This document shows positions 43,523 to 51,386 of a stretch of 57,665 nt of DNA, in pieces. The notes beneath the pieces are model-generated. The model had not been told where the DNA came from. It made no database searches and saw nothing but the letters and a program-made list of their open reading frames with translations. Each line of letters opens with the position of its first letter. The first letter of the stretch is position 1. The DNA lies in the IMG/VR virus record IMGVR_UViG_3300050132_000191, positions 1-57,665 of that record. One strand, given 5' to 3'. The translations under genes and the position numbers were made by a program. The DNA is from a virus. Its lineage: Duplodnaviria > Caudoviricetes.

Positions 43523-43973
43523 CGAACATCTTGCGCTTGATTTCTTCCAAGTCCTCGATACTCAGATGCGAAGTGTCAGGCCCCTTGGCGGTCACAGTCA
43601 CCGCCTGCTCAGTTTTGATAGGTGCGTCGTTCCCTGTGATCTTGGAAATCTGTGTAAACGCTGCTACGCGAGCAGCACCGGAGTTGAACTTGCTGTTCGC
43701 TTCCCGGTACAGTCCAGCGAGGATTTTCTGCTTGTGACTTATCGGGTCAGCCAGGATGCCCAGTGACGCCCCGTCTTCAGCGATCAGCTTTCTGACAAAG
43801 GGTTCCTCCATGAACTGCGCTGCATATTGTGCAGCGTACCCCTTAGCGAACCCAATGCGAATGGCAGCGCCCAGCGGGTCATAGTCAACAAGGTACTCCT
43901 GGACGAAGCGCCTGCGCTGCGCCTGCTCGTCCTCGGATAGTGTACTCGCTAACTCGATGTCGTTCCCTGCCAC
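43497..43973 (-). CDS. terS: Terminase small subunit
   Basis: RFVQEYLVD....AAIRIGF HTH pattern; overlaps the terL start. Confidence 0.8.
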   Translation of the reverse strand: MAGNDIELASTLSEDEQAQRRRFVQEYLVDYDPLGAAIRIGFAKGYAAQYAAQFMEEPFVRKLIAEDGASLGILADPISHKQKILAGLYREANSKFNSGAARVAAFTQISKITGNDAPIKTEQAVTVTAKGPDTSHLSIEDLEEIKRKMFGAPDAAPK

Positions 43974-44046
43974 GCTATAAGCCCCATTGTGTCAATAATA
44001 GGCGTAGTATAGCGGAAAGGACTGAAGGTGTGACGTGATGGAGCTA

Positions 44047-44508
44047 TCAAACCCTCGGTCGCTCACCAGCGGACAGCCTTGCGTGAACCCACAACGCGAA
44101 CCAGTTGAGGAACTGTGGCCAATCAATTTCCATCAGGACGCGGACGGAACTGCTGATTGAATGCGGGCCCGCGGGGAGCACTGCTTCGCCGTACATCACG
44201 CATCTCCACTTCTTTCCGTTCTGGCGGTATAGCAACACAGGACGTTCATTGTTCGGGATAGCGGACGCTTCGCACTGCTTCCACCATGTGGCCACACTGA
44301 GTTGCTCCTGCCGCTTCACTTCAATCGACAGCCCAAATGTATTGCTCAGATCGCTGCCACCCACCGCGGACTGGTTCTGATTGCGCTGCACGATTGCGAC
44401 TGCTGGCGCTGGGATTTCAAGTGCCAGCATGGACTCACGAATAATCGCTTCCAACGCTTTCGCGACTTCGGTTTCCCCGCTGGCTCCTTTGGCTCGGATG
44501 TTAATCAT
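44047..44508 (-). CDS. Holliday junction resolvase-like PD-(D/E)xK nuclease
   Basis: MINIRAKGASGE.EV, GGSDL, IEVKR, WWKQ; start taken at ATG 44508. Confidence 0.78.
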   Translation of the reverse strand: MINIRAKGASGETEVAKALEAIIRESMLALEIPAPAVAIVQRNQNQSAVGGSDLSNTFGLSIEVKRQEQLSVATWWKQCEASAIPNNERPVLLYRQNGKKWRCVMYGEAVLPAGPHSISSSVRVLMEIDWPQFLNWFALWVHARLSAGERPRV

Positions 44509-44636
44509 CAGAAGATCCTCATTGTAAGCAGTGCCGCAGCCAGGAACATAACACCCAGTATACCCGTTCCAATGCGACCGGAAATTGGTTGAAGAAAGAT
44601 GCAAGCAATCAGAAGGCCGAATTGAGCGGTTGTCAT
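44508..44636 (-). CDS. Unannotated 42-aa membrane peptide
   Basis: MTTAQFGLLIACIFLQPISGRIGTGILGVMFLAAALLTMRIF; ATGA and TGATG overlaps on both sides. Confidence 0.55.
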   Translation of the reverse strand: MTTAQFGLLIACIFLQPISGRIGTGILGVMFLAAALLTMRIF

Positions 44637-45031
44637 TTTGGTTTCCCCATCATGTATTCAATCATTGCCTTCGCTTGATCAGCTGTGAACAAGTTTATCC
44701 CTACAGGCCAGCAGTCGTCATGGATTTGCGAGAACTTGACACCGCAGTTTGGATGGAAGTCCTTTGGTAGTGGCCATTGAAGGAACCTGTCAACCATCGT
44801 GGGGATGTACTTCTGTTCGCGCTCACTCCTTTCCTGTTCAGCTTGCAAAGCGTCAATCAAAGCGCTGTGAACGTATTTCATGATTGCAAGTTCCCGCTTA
44901 AGGCGTTCGATGTGAGCCTGTTGCGGGTCTATTGCTTCCGGGTTCATTGCGTCCGCGAGGTCATCCCAAGCCATCACCCGCACCGCCTTATCCTTTGTAT
45001 TCAGGGAGTTGAGTGCTTTGTCTATTCTCAT
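44633..45031 (-). CDS. Hypothetical protein
   Basis: SD GGAG; VDRFL.WPLP.DF.P.CG...WP.G.NL motif. Confidence 0.7.
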   Translation of the reverse strand: MRIDKALNSLNTKDKAVRVMAWDDLADAMNPEAIDPQQAHIERLKRELAIMKYVHSALIDALQAEQERSEREQKYIPTMVDRFLQWPLPKDFHPNCGVKFSQIHDDCWPVGINLFTADQAKAMIEYMMGKPK

Positions 45032-45258
45032 TTCGCTTCTCCAGTTAATTTACTTGGGCAAACACCGTCAAGCAACTTGGGCGGGTACTGCCAGGAGGCA
45101 CCTTTAGGAAGCTGCTCACAGGAAAGAGCCACGTGTCTTGTGCAAAACCGGCAGCGACCCGGTTCCATAGCATCTTCGGAACGGAACACGCAGACAGCAA
45201 TCTTTATCCTCTGGGGAGGATTGGGAGCAATGGTTCTTGTTAAACCGAATGCCATCAC
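45028..45258 (-). CDS. Cys-rich hypothetical protein
   Basis: Coupled overlaps; CRFC and other Cys. Confidence 0.55.
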   Translation of the reverse strand: MMAFGLTRTIAPNPPQRIKIAVCVFRSEDAMEPGRCRFCTRHVALSCEQLPKGASWQYPPKLLDGVCPSKLTGEAK

Positions 45259-45383
45259 GCCACCTGGACGTCAATGCGCCCAGCCTCCGGAAAGCGGTCC
45301 ATCGCGTCCATCGTTGCGTCAAACGAGGAAGCGAAGGGGCCTGAATAAGTGGTTCCGTCCACAGTGATTTTAAAGTTTTTCAT
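45255..45383 (-). CDS. Unannotated 42-aa protein
   Basis: MKNFKITVDGTTYSGPFASSFDATMDAMDRFPEAGRIDVQVA; SD GGAG. Confidence 0.55.
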   Translation of the reverse strand: MKNFKITVDGTTYSGPFASSFDATMDAMDRFPEAGRIDVQVA

Positions 45384-45399
45384 TGTTTCTCCAGTTGCA

Positions 45400-45777
45400 T
45401 TATTTTACAGTCGAATCCTTGATGTCGTTTGCTTTTATGGGTGCATTCATGAAAAGAGGGGCACGGCAAACAACCATGTATCCAGGTTTCTTCGCTCTCG
45501 AGTCGGTGTACCAAGGGGAACACGCTGCCCGCATCTCCGCTTCAACCTCCGTGCGGGCCAGTGTAACGGCTGTGCGGGCTTGCAATCGAGCAGCACTCGA
45601 CGCCCTCGCTGCGCCCTCGCTAACCCCTTGCTTATATACAAGCGGCCCGCACAATAGCCCCAACACGCACAGCAGCACAACGAGTGACCACAAGGAGATC
45701 ACCTCAGAACGCTTGACCAACATGAGCGGCCCGTCAAGTCGAATGCGAACGGTGATCGTGTCGATTAAGCGAGCCAT
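45400..45777 (-). CDS. Single-TM hypothetical protein
   Basis: SD AAGGA; one hydrophobic segment. Confidence 0.65.
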   Translation of the reverse strand: MARLIDTITVRIRLDGPLMLVKRSEVISLWSLVVLLCVLGLLCGPLVYKQGVSEGAARASSAARLQARTAVTLARTEVEAEMRAACSPWYTDSRAKKPGYMVVCRAPLFMNAPIKANDIKDSTVK

Positions 45778-45780
45778 TGT

Positions 45781-45951
45781 TCATCCTTTCACAGTTTCAA
45801 GAGAAGCAATGATCAGTCCGACATTGGACAGACCATAAGCAAAGTATACAATCGCTAGTCCCCATTTATGTTGATACGCCATACCGCATCCCGTGATGGC
45901 GTACAGGATGCCCGCTGCGGCGACAGTGTATTCGGGTAACGTCCAAGTCAT
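45781..45951 (-). CDS. Unannotated 56-aa two-TM protein
   Basis: MTWTLPEYTVAAAGILYAITGCGMAYQHKWGLAIVYFAYGLSNVGLIIASLETVKG; ATGA overlap. Confidence 0.6.
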   Translation of the reverse strand: MTWTLPEYTVAAAGILYAITGCGMAYQHKWGLAIVYFAYGLSNVGLIIASLETVKG

Positions 45952-46103
45952 TGCCGCCCCCTAGGGAGTCTCTTTTTCAGAGCTTCCATTTCTTTGACAG
46001 CTTGCCTGTAGTGCATTCTGGCGGAGCCCACTTCCATCCACCAATAAATCAAACCAAAGAAAAGAAAACCACCTAGGAGCCAGCCAACAATTTTATAATC
46101 CAT
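45948..46103 (-). CDS. Unannotated 51-aa single-TM protein
   Basis: MDYKIVGWLLGGFLFFGLIYWWMEVG...; SD AAGGA. Confidence 0.6.
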   Translation of the reverse strand: MDYKIVGWLLGGFLFFGLIYWWMEVGSARMHYRQAVKEMEALKKRLPRGRQ

Positions 46104-46105
46104 CG

Positions 46106-46219
46106 TTATTCCTTCGCAAAGATGAAAGCGAAGCCAGCAGCTAAGAACGCCAGCATCGCAGGGATGAACCGCCCCAGCATGAACAGGGTGGTGCCAAAGG
46201 CGAGGAGTTTCGGGCCCAT
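46106..46219 (-). CDS. Unannotated 37-aa hydrophobic peptide
   Basis: MGPKLLAFGTTLFMLGRFIPAMLAFLAAGFAFIFAKE; fills the gap exactly. Confidence 0.5.
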   Translation of the reverse strand: MGPKLLAFGTTLFMLGRFIPAMLAFLAAGFAFIFAKE

Positions 46220-46220
46220 C

Positions 46221-46985
46221 TTAGCACCCGAGGCGTGGTGCGGATGAACTGGAACCTGTCACACCCCGCGTGCTTACGTTGACGGACTTACCGTCACAGA
46301 TGCCGCTGCTGTAGGCGTCGTCCGTGCTGATGGTGCTTGAACTGTATTTGACTTTCTGCTCGCCAAACCGTTCTGCCACCAATTGCGCCTTAATCACCAT
46401 CAGCGAGGTACTCGAGGAGCTTGCTCGAACTTCCTTAGCCTTTTCCGCTGTCAGTGCCCGCAGGCTGCTGCTGATGCCAGTTGTGACACCCAGGCGATAA
46501 CTGTTCGCGGATGCGCGGCCCAGCACTGCATAATCATCCGTCTTCAGGTAAACCTTAACCAGCCGGTTCACTGTTGCGACTAAGTAGTTGAACATATATA
46601 CAGCTACCTTGACGTCAGCATCAAACCCGTAGAAGCGCACCACAGCAACTTTGTCAGGACGCGGGATTTTGCAGCGGCAGTCATTCGCCTTTGCAATTTG
46701 CAGCGCAAGGATGCTGGCCCAGGTGGGGACTTCCGGGTGGGCTGTCTCATTCGTGTTCGGTGCTGCCACGCAATCTCCCTCAGCCATATCGTTGCCAGCT
46801 TTGAGCGAGGCAACAATCACATCGGCGTGCTCGAGTTGATACTCCCGCATGATGCGCTCTGCCATCCCTGCCGCTGCGCTTGCTTCTTCAGGATTAGCGC
46901 GGTCGTCACCCGCAATGGCGAGCAGCTTGGCAATGCGACGCATCACGCTGTCTAGGTTTTCTGGGGTTGTTTGTTCGGTAGTCAT
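46221..46985 (-). CDS. DUF2786-like protein
   Basis: RIAKLLAIA.....NPEEA..A...AERIM..Y; SYRLG; SD AAGGA before ATG 46985. Confidence 0.8.
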   Translation of the reverse strand: MTTEQTTPENLDSVMRRIAKLLAIAGDDRANPEEASAAAGMAERIMREYQLEHADVIVASLKAGNDMAEGDCVAAPNTNETAHPEVPTWASILALQIAKANDCRCKIPRPDKVAVVRFYGFDADVKVAVYMFNYLVATVNRLVKVYLKTDDYAVLGRASANSYRLGVTTGISSSLRALTAEKAKEVRASSSSTSLMVIKAQLVAERFGEQKVKYSSSTISTDDAYSSGICDGKSVNVSTRGVTGSSSSAPRLGC

Positions 46986-47015
46986 TTGGAGTTCCTTTGC
47001 AGTTGTTGATGAGTT

Positions 47016-47068
47016 AATGTAGCACCAATTCAGGAACTTCCCAGAAAGGAATTGTAAAGTTATGTAAA
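47016..47068 (-). promoter_or_regulatory. Extended -10 promoter with upstream TTTACA repeat
   Basis: TGcTACATT; TTTACAtaacTTTACAATTC resembles 3071-3091. Confidence 0.5.
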
Positions 47069-47070
47069 AA

Positions 47071-47397
47071 CTAGAACGGAATATCGTCGTCAAAATCATC
47101 GAAGCCAGACTTGAGAGCAGGCTTGGGCGCTGCCCGCAGTGCAACCACGGCTGGCGCTCGGTTGTCTTCGAATGGTACCGCATCAACGTCGTCTTCATCA
47201 AACTGCGGACACCCGAAAGCAATGACGCGGGCTGGAGGGCGGACAGGTGGGTGCACTTGGCCACAGGTTTCCGTCGCCTCATCAAACCTCTTGCAGTTCA
47301 GACAAGTTGACGTCAACTCAGCTTCCTCCATCACTTGCTGGAGCACGCCCAGGAGTTCCAAGCGGAATTCTTGTATTACAGTTGGCAGGGATTTCAT
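47071..47397 (-). CDS. Cys4 protein ending in an SSB-like acidic tail
   Basis: CLNC..C..C and C-terminus GFDDFDDDIPF. Confidence 0.75.
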   Translation of the reverse strand: MKSLPTVIQEFRLELLGVLQQVMEEAELTSTCLNCKRFDEATETCGQVHPPVRPPARVIAFGCPQFDEDDVDAVPFEDNRAPAVVALRAAPKPALKSGFDDFDDDIPF

Positions 47398-47585
47398 AGT
47401 TGCACCCTACACGTCAAGTGCGCCGCGTCATCATCCTTGCGGAACAAGTGGGGATACATATTTCTCGCGTCAATATGCAGTCGGTCAATCGCGGCAAGGT
47501 TCTTCCAATTCCCGGCGGTGATGAGTGCAACGCGCACCAGTGGCGGAAGGATTTCCGCGGGTTGGATGTCTTTTGGTTCTTTCAT
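47394..47585 (-). CDS. Hypothetical protein
   Basis: SD GAGGA; 63 aa. Confidence 0.65.
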   Translation of the reverse strand: MKEPKDIQPAEILPPLVRVALITAGNWKNLAAIDRLHIDARNMYPHLFRKDDDAAHLTCRVQL

Positions 47586-47615
47586 TTTGTTTCCTCAAAG
47601 GGTTTGATTAAAGCG

Positions 47616-47768
47616 TTAAACATGATTGGTTCCTTGATGTTTTTGGATCTCCAACTCTGCTGGCGTCTTGAATTGCCACAGCATCGTGTCAACGCCATGC
47701 AGGGTAATAATCGCCTCGCAGACAACAAATACAGCGCACAGCAGCCAGAAGGCTGACCACCCGCTCAT
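47616..47768 (-). CDS. Unannotated 50-aa single-TM protein
   Basis: MSGWSAFWLLCAVFVVCEAIITLHG...; SD GGAGG; ATGA overlap. Confidence 0.6.
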   Translation of the reverse strand: MSGWSAFWLLCAVFVVCEAIITLHGVDTMLWQFKTPAELEIQKHQGTNHV

Positions 47769-48346
47769 GTCGCCTCCTGCCCCTCCAGTGCCGCGAGCTT
47801 GGCGCGGAGTTCGTCGCGCTCGGCTGCTGCGCTCTCACTTATTAGCCGATGCACCTCCGCTACCGGATCGCCTTCTTCTTCCATGCCCAGCGCGGTTAGG
47901 ATCCGGCAGTAATTGTTTGCGTCCTCTGCGGTACCGTGGGGCACGGCTGCGCTCTCACTGGCTTGCAGGGCGTCGGCGGCTTCTTCAGCAGCATGCGCCA
48001 AATCATAGCAACTGCTCGCCACTATATCGTCGCGGGTATCGTGTGTAATACCAACTCGCAGTCTCTCAATCAGCTCTGCACGCTCACCGCTTGGTGGCGG
48101 GGCGTTGTACTGCTCTTCAGTAATAGCTTCTGCTGCCACGAGTACGTCGCGCCACTCCCAATCATCCTGTTCCATGACGGCGTTCATAGCAGCGCTTGGC
48201 GTTAGTGGGACTGAAGCAAACCCTACCGGCTCCACCGTCCGCGCTTCCTCGCGTTCAATGGCTTCATCAAGTTTTCTAGTGGCGGGCCAGTACAAGCCCT
48301 CCTTAATATATTTTTTGACCTGCTTCATCGCGTCGATTGTGTTCAT
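47765..48346 (-). CDS. Hypothetical protein
   Basis: ATGA overlap; 193 aa acidic helical. Confidence 0.7.
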   Translation of the reverse strand: MNTIDAMKQVKKYIKEGLYWPATRKLDEAIEREEARTVEPVGFASVPLTPSAAMNAVMEQDDWEWRDVLVAAEAITEEQYNAPPPSGERAELIERLRVGITHDTRDDIVASSCYDLAHAAEEAADALQASESAAVPHGTAEDANNYCRILTALGMEEEGDPVAEVHRLISESAAAERDELRAKLAALEGQEAT

Positions 48347-48633
48347 TTCAGTTCCTTGATTGCGTTGTCTAAATTCGGGTAGGTCCGCCTGAATACCTCA
48401 AGTGCCCTGGCGTTCATGAACAGAAATCCGTGTTCACAGTCAGCGTGCCACGCATCCGCCAGATTAGCTGCCGCCTCTTCCAGAGCCACCTTCCGCGCAT
48501 GGGCTGCTCGGGTGTCGCCGTAGGCTTGCAACTGTTGTGCGCTGAAGGTATCAGGCCAGAATGATCCAGCATCCTCATGTTCGGCGCTGTACGGCGCAGG
48601 CAGGGGCGGCAGGCTCTGGTTGTCGGTGGTCAT
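48343..48633 (-). CDS. Hypothetical protein
   Basis: LPPLP...FSA.Q.QAY pattern; ATGA overlap. Confidence 0.7.
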   Translation of the reverse strand: MTTDNQSLPPLPAPYSAEHEDAGSFWPDTFSAQQLQAYGDTRAAHARKVALEEAAANLADAWHADCEHGFLFMNARALEVFRRTYPNLDNAIKELK

Positions 48634-48842
48634 GCTTCACCCACTTTCTGAACAGTCACCTGCACGCACTTGATCAGACCCTTGCGGCGGCGACGGTCAA
48701 TCTCTTTAGTCCACTCTGGTGTTGCTTTGTCATAAGCAGTAGCCCATGCCGCACGGCGCGTAGTACGGATGCTGGAATAGTGAATCCACGGCTTGGCGCG
48801 TTTGCTGAATGGATGGTACTCCATCGCCCAGTAGGTGGTCAT
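48630..48842 (-). CDS. Basic hypothetical protein
   Basis: ATG 48842 (MTTYWAME) in ATGA overlap. Confidence 0.6.
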   Translation of the reverse strand: MTTYWAMEYHPFSKRAKPWIHYSSIRTTRRAAWATAYDKATPEWTKEIDRRRRKGLIKCVQVTVQKVGEA

Positions 48843-49057
48843 GATGCGGCCTTTCCTACTTCGCAATCACACCGACCACGCCACTCTCCGTCAGCAGAGT
48901 GAACATCCCCAGTTCCATCGCAGTATTCGCAAGTTGCGGCCGGGATTTTGGACCGCGCCGCTTGCCCCGCCAGCGACTTAAGCGCCCGTGCTGTAGTCCC
49001 GTGATCCAGCGCATGCCCCATCATTTCGCGGGCCTGTTGTGGTGTGTAGTCGGTCAT
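48839..49057 (-). CDS. Small zinc-finger protein
   Basis: CEYCDGTG...GEWRG.CDC. Confidence 0.65.
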   Translation of the reverse strand: MTDYTPQQAREMMGHALDHGTTARALKSLAGQAARSKIPAATCEYCDGTGDVHSADGEWRGRCDCEVGKAAS

Positions 49058-49266
49058 ATCCCTGCTCCTTGATAAGCACCTTTATGATTCAGCGCGTTCG
49101 AAATTGTTGATGAGACAACGCCGAGTGCGGCGGCGATCTCGCGCATGGTGCGGCCCTCTTTCCTCATCCTAGCCACAGTCCTCAGTTTTTCCGAGTCTAT
49201 TGCAGGTGGTACATGGTGGCGGCGCTTGCCCCCATTGCTGGGCCGTGTGTAATCCCGTTCAGGCAT
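49054..49266 (-). CDS. Helix-turn-helix protein
   Basis: G.TMREIAAALGV.SSTIS. Confidence 0.75.
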   Translation of the reverse strand: MPERDYTRPSNGGKRRHHVPPAIDSEKLRTVARMRKEGRTMREIAAALGVVSSTISNALNHKGAYQGAGI

Positions 49267-49399
49267 TTAGAGTCCCCATTAGTAGTAAAGCATTCGCTAA
49301 CCCTTTCTCGTTACCGTCACGCTACTTTAACACGCGGGAATCGGGATGGAAAAGAAAATTTCCTGATAGAACGCAAGCGGGAGCAGCGACCACAGTGTT

Positions 49400-49980
49400 G
49401 AGCATTAGCTCCGACTTGAACGACGGAACTGCGAAAATAGGATAAATAGGAGAAATTTAAAATACCCTAATAAACGAATCAGTGTGAGCTTATTTTGCAG
49501 TAGGGCCTAGGAGTGAGGTAATGGCATTTCAGGTAAGCTACCCATGCAAGAAAAAATAAATTACCCACAACCCATCATTAAAGGCGATTTGCAAGGTTCG
49601 GCGCCCTATTTTCCTATTTTCCGAATTTATAATTTCTTACCGCTTGCTTACGGTGTGCTTAAAATTTGCACAGTTCAAAGCAAAGAAATAGGCCGGGAAA
49701 TTTGGTTTTCCTAAACCTGTTACTACACTGTATAAACAATATATATAAGCATAATAATAATAATAAAATAGGGTAAATGGGAAAACATTTTTTTTCTTTA
49801 TGGGTATATGTGTAGAGGAAATAAAAAGCTCTACACACACACTTAATGCAAGACTCACACTTGCTTATACGTCGCTATTTTCCTATTTTCGTTTTCATTA
49901 TTTTAACGACACTCCAATTCAACGTCACTATACCTGACATTAAATAAAATGTCATACACACCACCGTTTAATCCCATACA
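49400..49980. other. AT-rich divergent intergenic region, candidate replication origin / control region
   Basis: Largest non-coding gap, strand switch, repeated AAATAGG/CCTATTTT units, (AAT)n run. Confidence 0.55.
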
Positions 49981-50013
49981 ATGCACCATCATTCACAAAC
50001 CAGGACCCCCACA

Positions 50014-51063
50014 ATGCCAACCCAAGAACCTAAGCCCCTCCCTTTCGACTGGATAAATTTCGACGCCCCTAAACTGGAGCAGTGTCCAAATTGCTCGGGT
50101 ACGGGTAACAATCTCGTCCACGGAACAGAAGAGCCCTTGGAAGGGACTTGCCCGCAATGCAATGGTATGGGCAAAGCAGTACCAGCAAACCCAGCAAGCG
50201 CCCCGCAGGAGCCCCCTACAGCAAGCGCAACGGGCGCACCCCTTACTCCCCTAAGGACAACCCCGGATCCCAGCCCCACGGAGCCCCTGCCCGTCATTGG
50301 CCCCTTGCCGCCAGAGGATGTAACTTCCCGTCTTGCAGTCTGCAAACCTGTTCCAAATTTCCCGTACTACAAGTCAAAGGAAATAGGGGAGCAATACTTC
50401 CAAGCCTATCTCCCAATCGTGGGCGCCAAAATTATGGAATTGGGGTTCCCGGAAGACCTGTGGCCAACGCACACTGATGTCGTCAGGGGTTGGGTTTTTC
50501 AAGCTGTGAGCACTGGGAAAATTCCTAATGAGCTCAACTTCAGCGGATCCGAAGGCGTTGAACGGGAGTTTGATAGAACAACACTTGTGAACAAAGCCCA
50601 CGAAAATATTGAGTACACATTTAAGAAGGAACTCCCATTCAGGCAATACGCATCCTATGTCTTTACAGACGGCGAGGAATGGTGGGACGGGCCTGAGCAG
50701 TGGTTCGCGTGCGATATGCAAACTGTTCAGGACGCTTACAAATATCTCCGCTGCATCGGGCCTCGAACCAGTGCGGAACTAAGACAAGAAATAATGTCGT
50801 TTGGAAAATCGAAATCAAGGGGCAGACCCTCGCTTCCCGTGTCCCCGGAAAAGCAAGCGGCGTCGACTGCTTATCGTGAATGGGTTGAATCGTGCAGGCA
50901 ATACAATGCGGACGTTCTGCAGGCGAAAGCTGCTTACAAGGAGGAACGGCGGCTTTGCTTTGCAGAGCTGGAAGCGGTGAAAGCTAAGTATGAATCCAGG
51001 TTGGAGGAATTGAGCAGTCGTGTCACCGAACTAATTGCCCAGGGCACCCCCCGTCGGCCATAA
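50014..51063 (+). CDS. Hypothetical protein: DnaJ-type Zn finger, Pro-rich linker, AT-hook-like RGRP, C-terminal coiled coil
   Basis: CPNCSGTG/CPQCNGMG; SRGRPS; AGGA before ATG 50014. Confidence 0.75.
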   Translation: MPTQEPKPLPFDWINFDAPKLEQCPNCSGTGNNLVHGTEEPLEGTCPQCNGMGKAVPANPASAPQEPPTASATGAPLTPLRTTPDPSPTEPLPVIGPLPPEDVTSRLAVCKPVPNFPYYKSKEIGEQYFQAYLPIVGAKIMELGFPEDLWPTHTDVVRGWVFQAVSTGKIPNELNFSGSEGVEREFDRTTLVNKAHENIEYTFKKELPFRQYASYVFTDGEEWWDGPEQWFACDMQTVQDAYKYLRCIGPRTSAELRQEIMSFGKSKSRGRPSLPVSPEKQAASTAYREWVESCRQYNADVLQAKAAYKEERRLCFAELEAVKAKYESRLEELSSRVTELIAQGTPRRP

Positions 51064-51128
51064 ACGCTCGTCACTTTCATACTTACTTTCGTTTACACTG
51101 CACAATCGACAAAATAATCGGACAGACA

Positions 51129-51386
51129 ATGCCAACGCCCACTCAAACTGAATTTGACAAGAAGTATATCTCCAGCTCAGAGATTATGAGCACTTGCGGG
51201 GTCACACGGACTGCGGTGTTCGCGGCGCGGAAGAAGGGGAAGCTCCCGGATCCCATTTACATTCAGGGGCAGATTTACATTTGGGAGCGGGCCATGGTGC
51301 AGGACTATCTTAATGCTTGGCGCATCATAATTGATACGCGGCGAGCAACAACCCATGCGGCTGAACGCGCATTCATACAACAATGA
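51129..51386 (+). CDS. AlpA/Xis-like winged HTH protein
   Basis: YISSSEI...GVTRTAV....KKGKLPDPI....IW. Confidence 0.7.
   Translation: MPTPTQTEFDKKYISSSEIMSTCGVTRTAVFAARKKGKLPDPIYIQGQIYIWERAMVQDYLNAWRIIIDTRRATTHAAERAFIQQ

Noticed and set aside
49637-49858. 73-aa Tyr/Phe-rich ORF in the AT-rich gap
   Set aside because: Composition reflects the (AAT)n run and poly-A/T; no SD; likely non-coding
51129-51386. AlpA/Xis-like gene as a sign of lysogeny
   Set aside because: No integrase, CI-like repressor, parA or att-like context recognised
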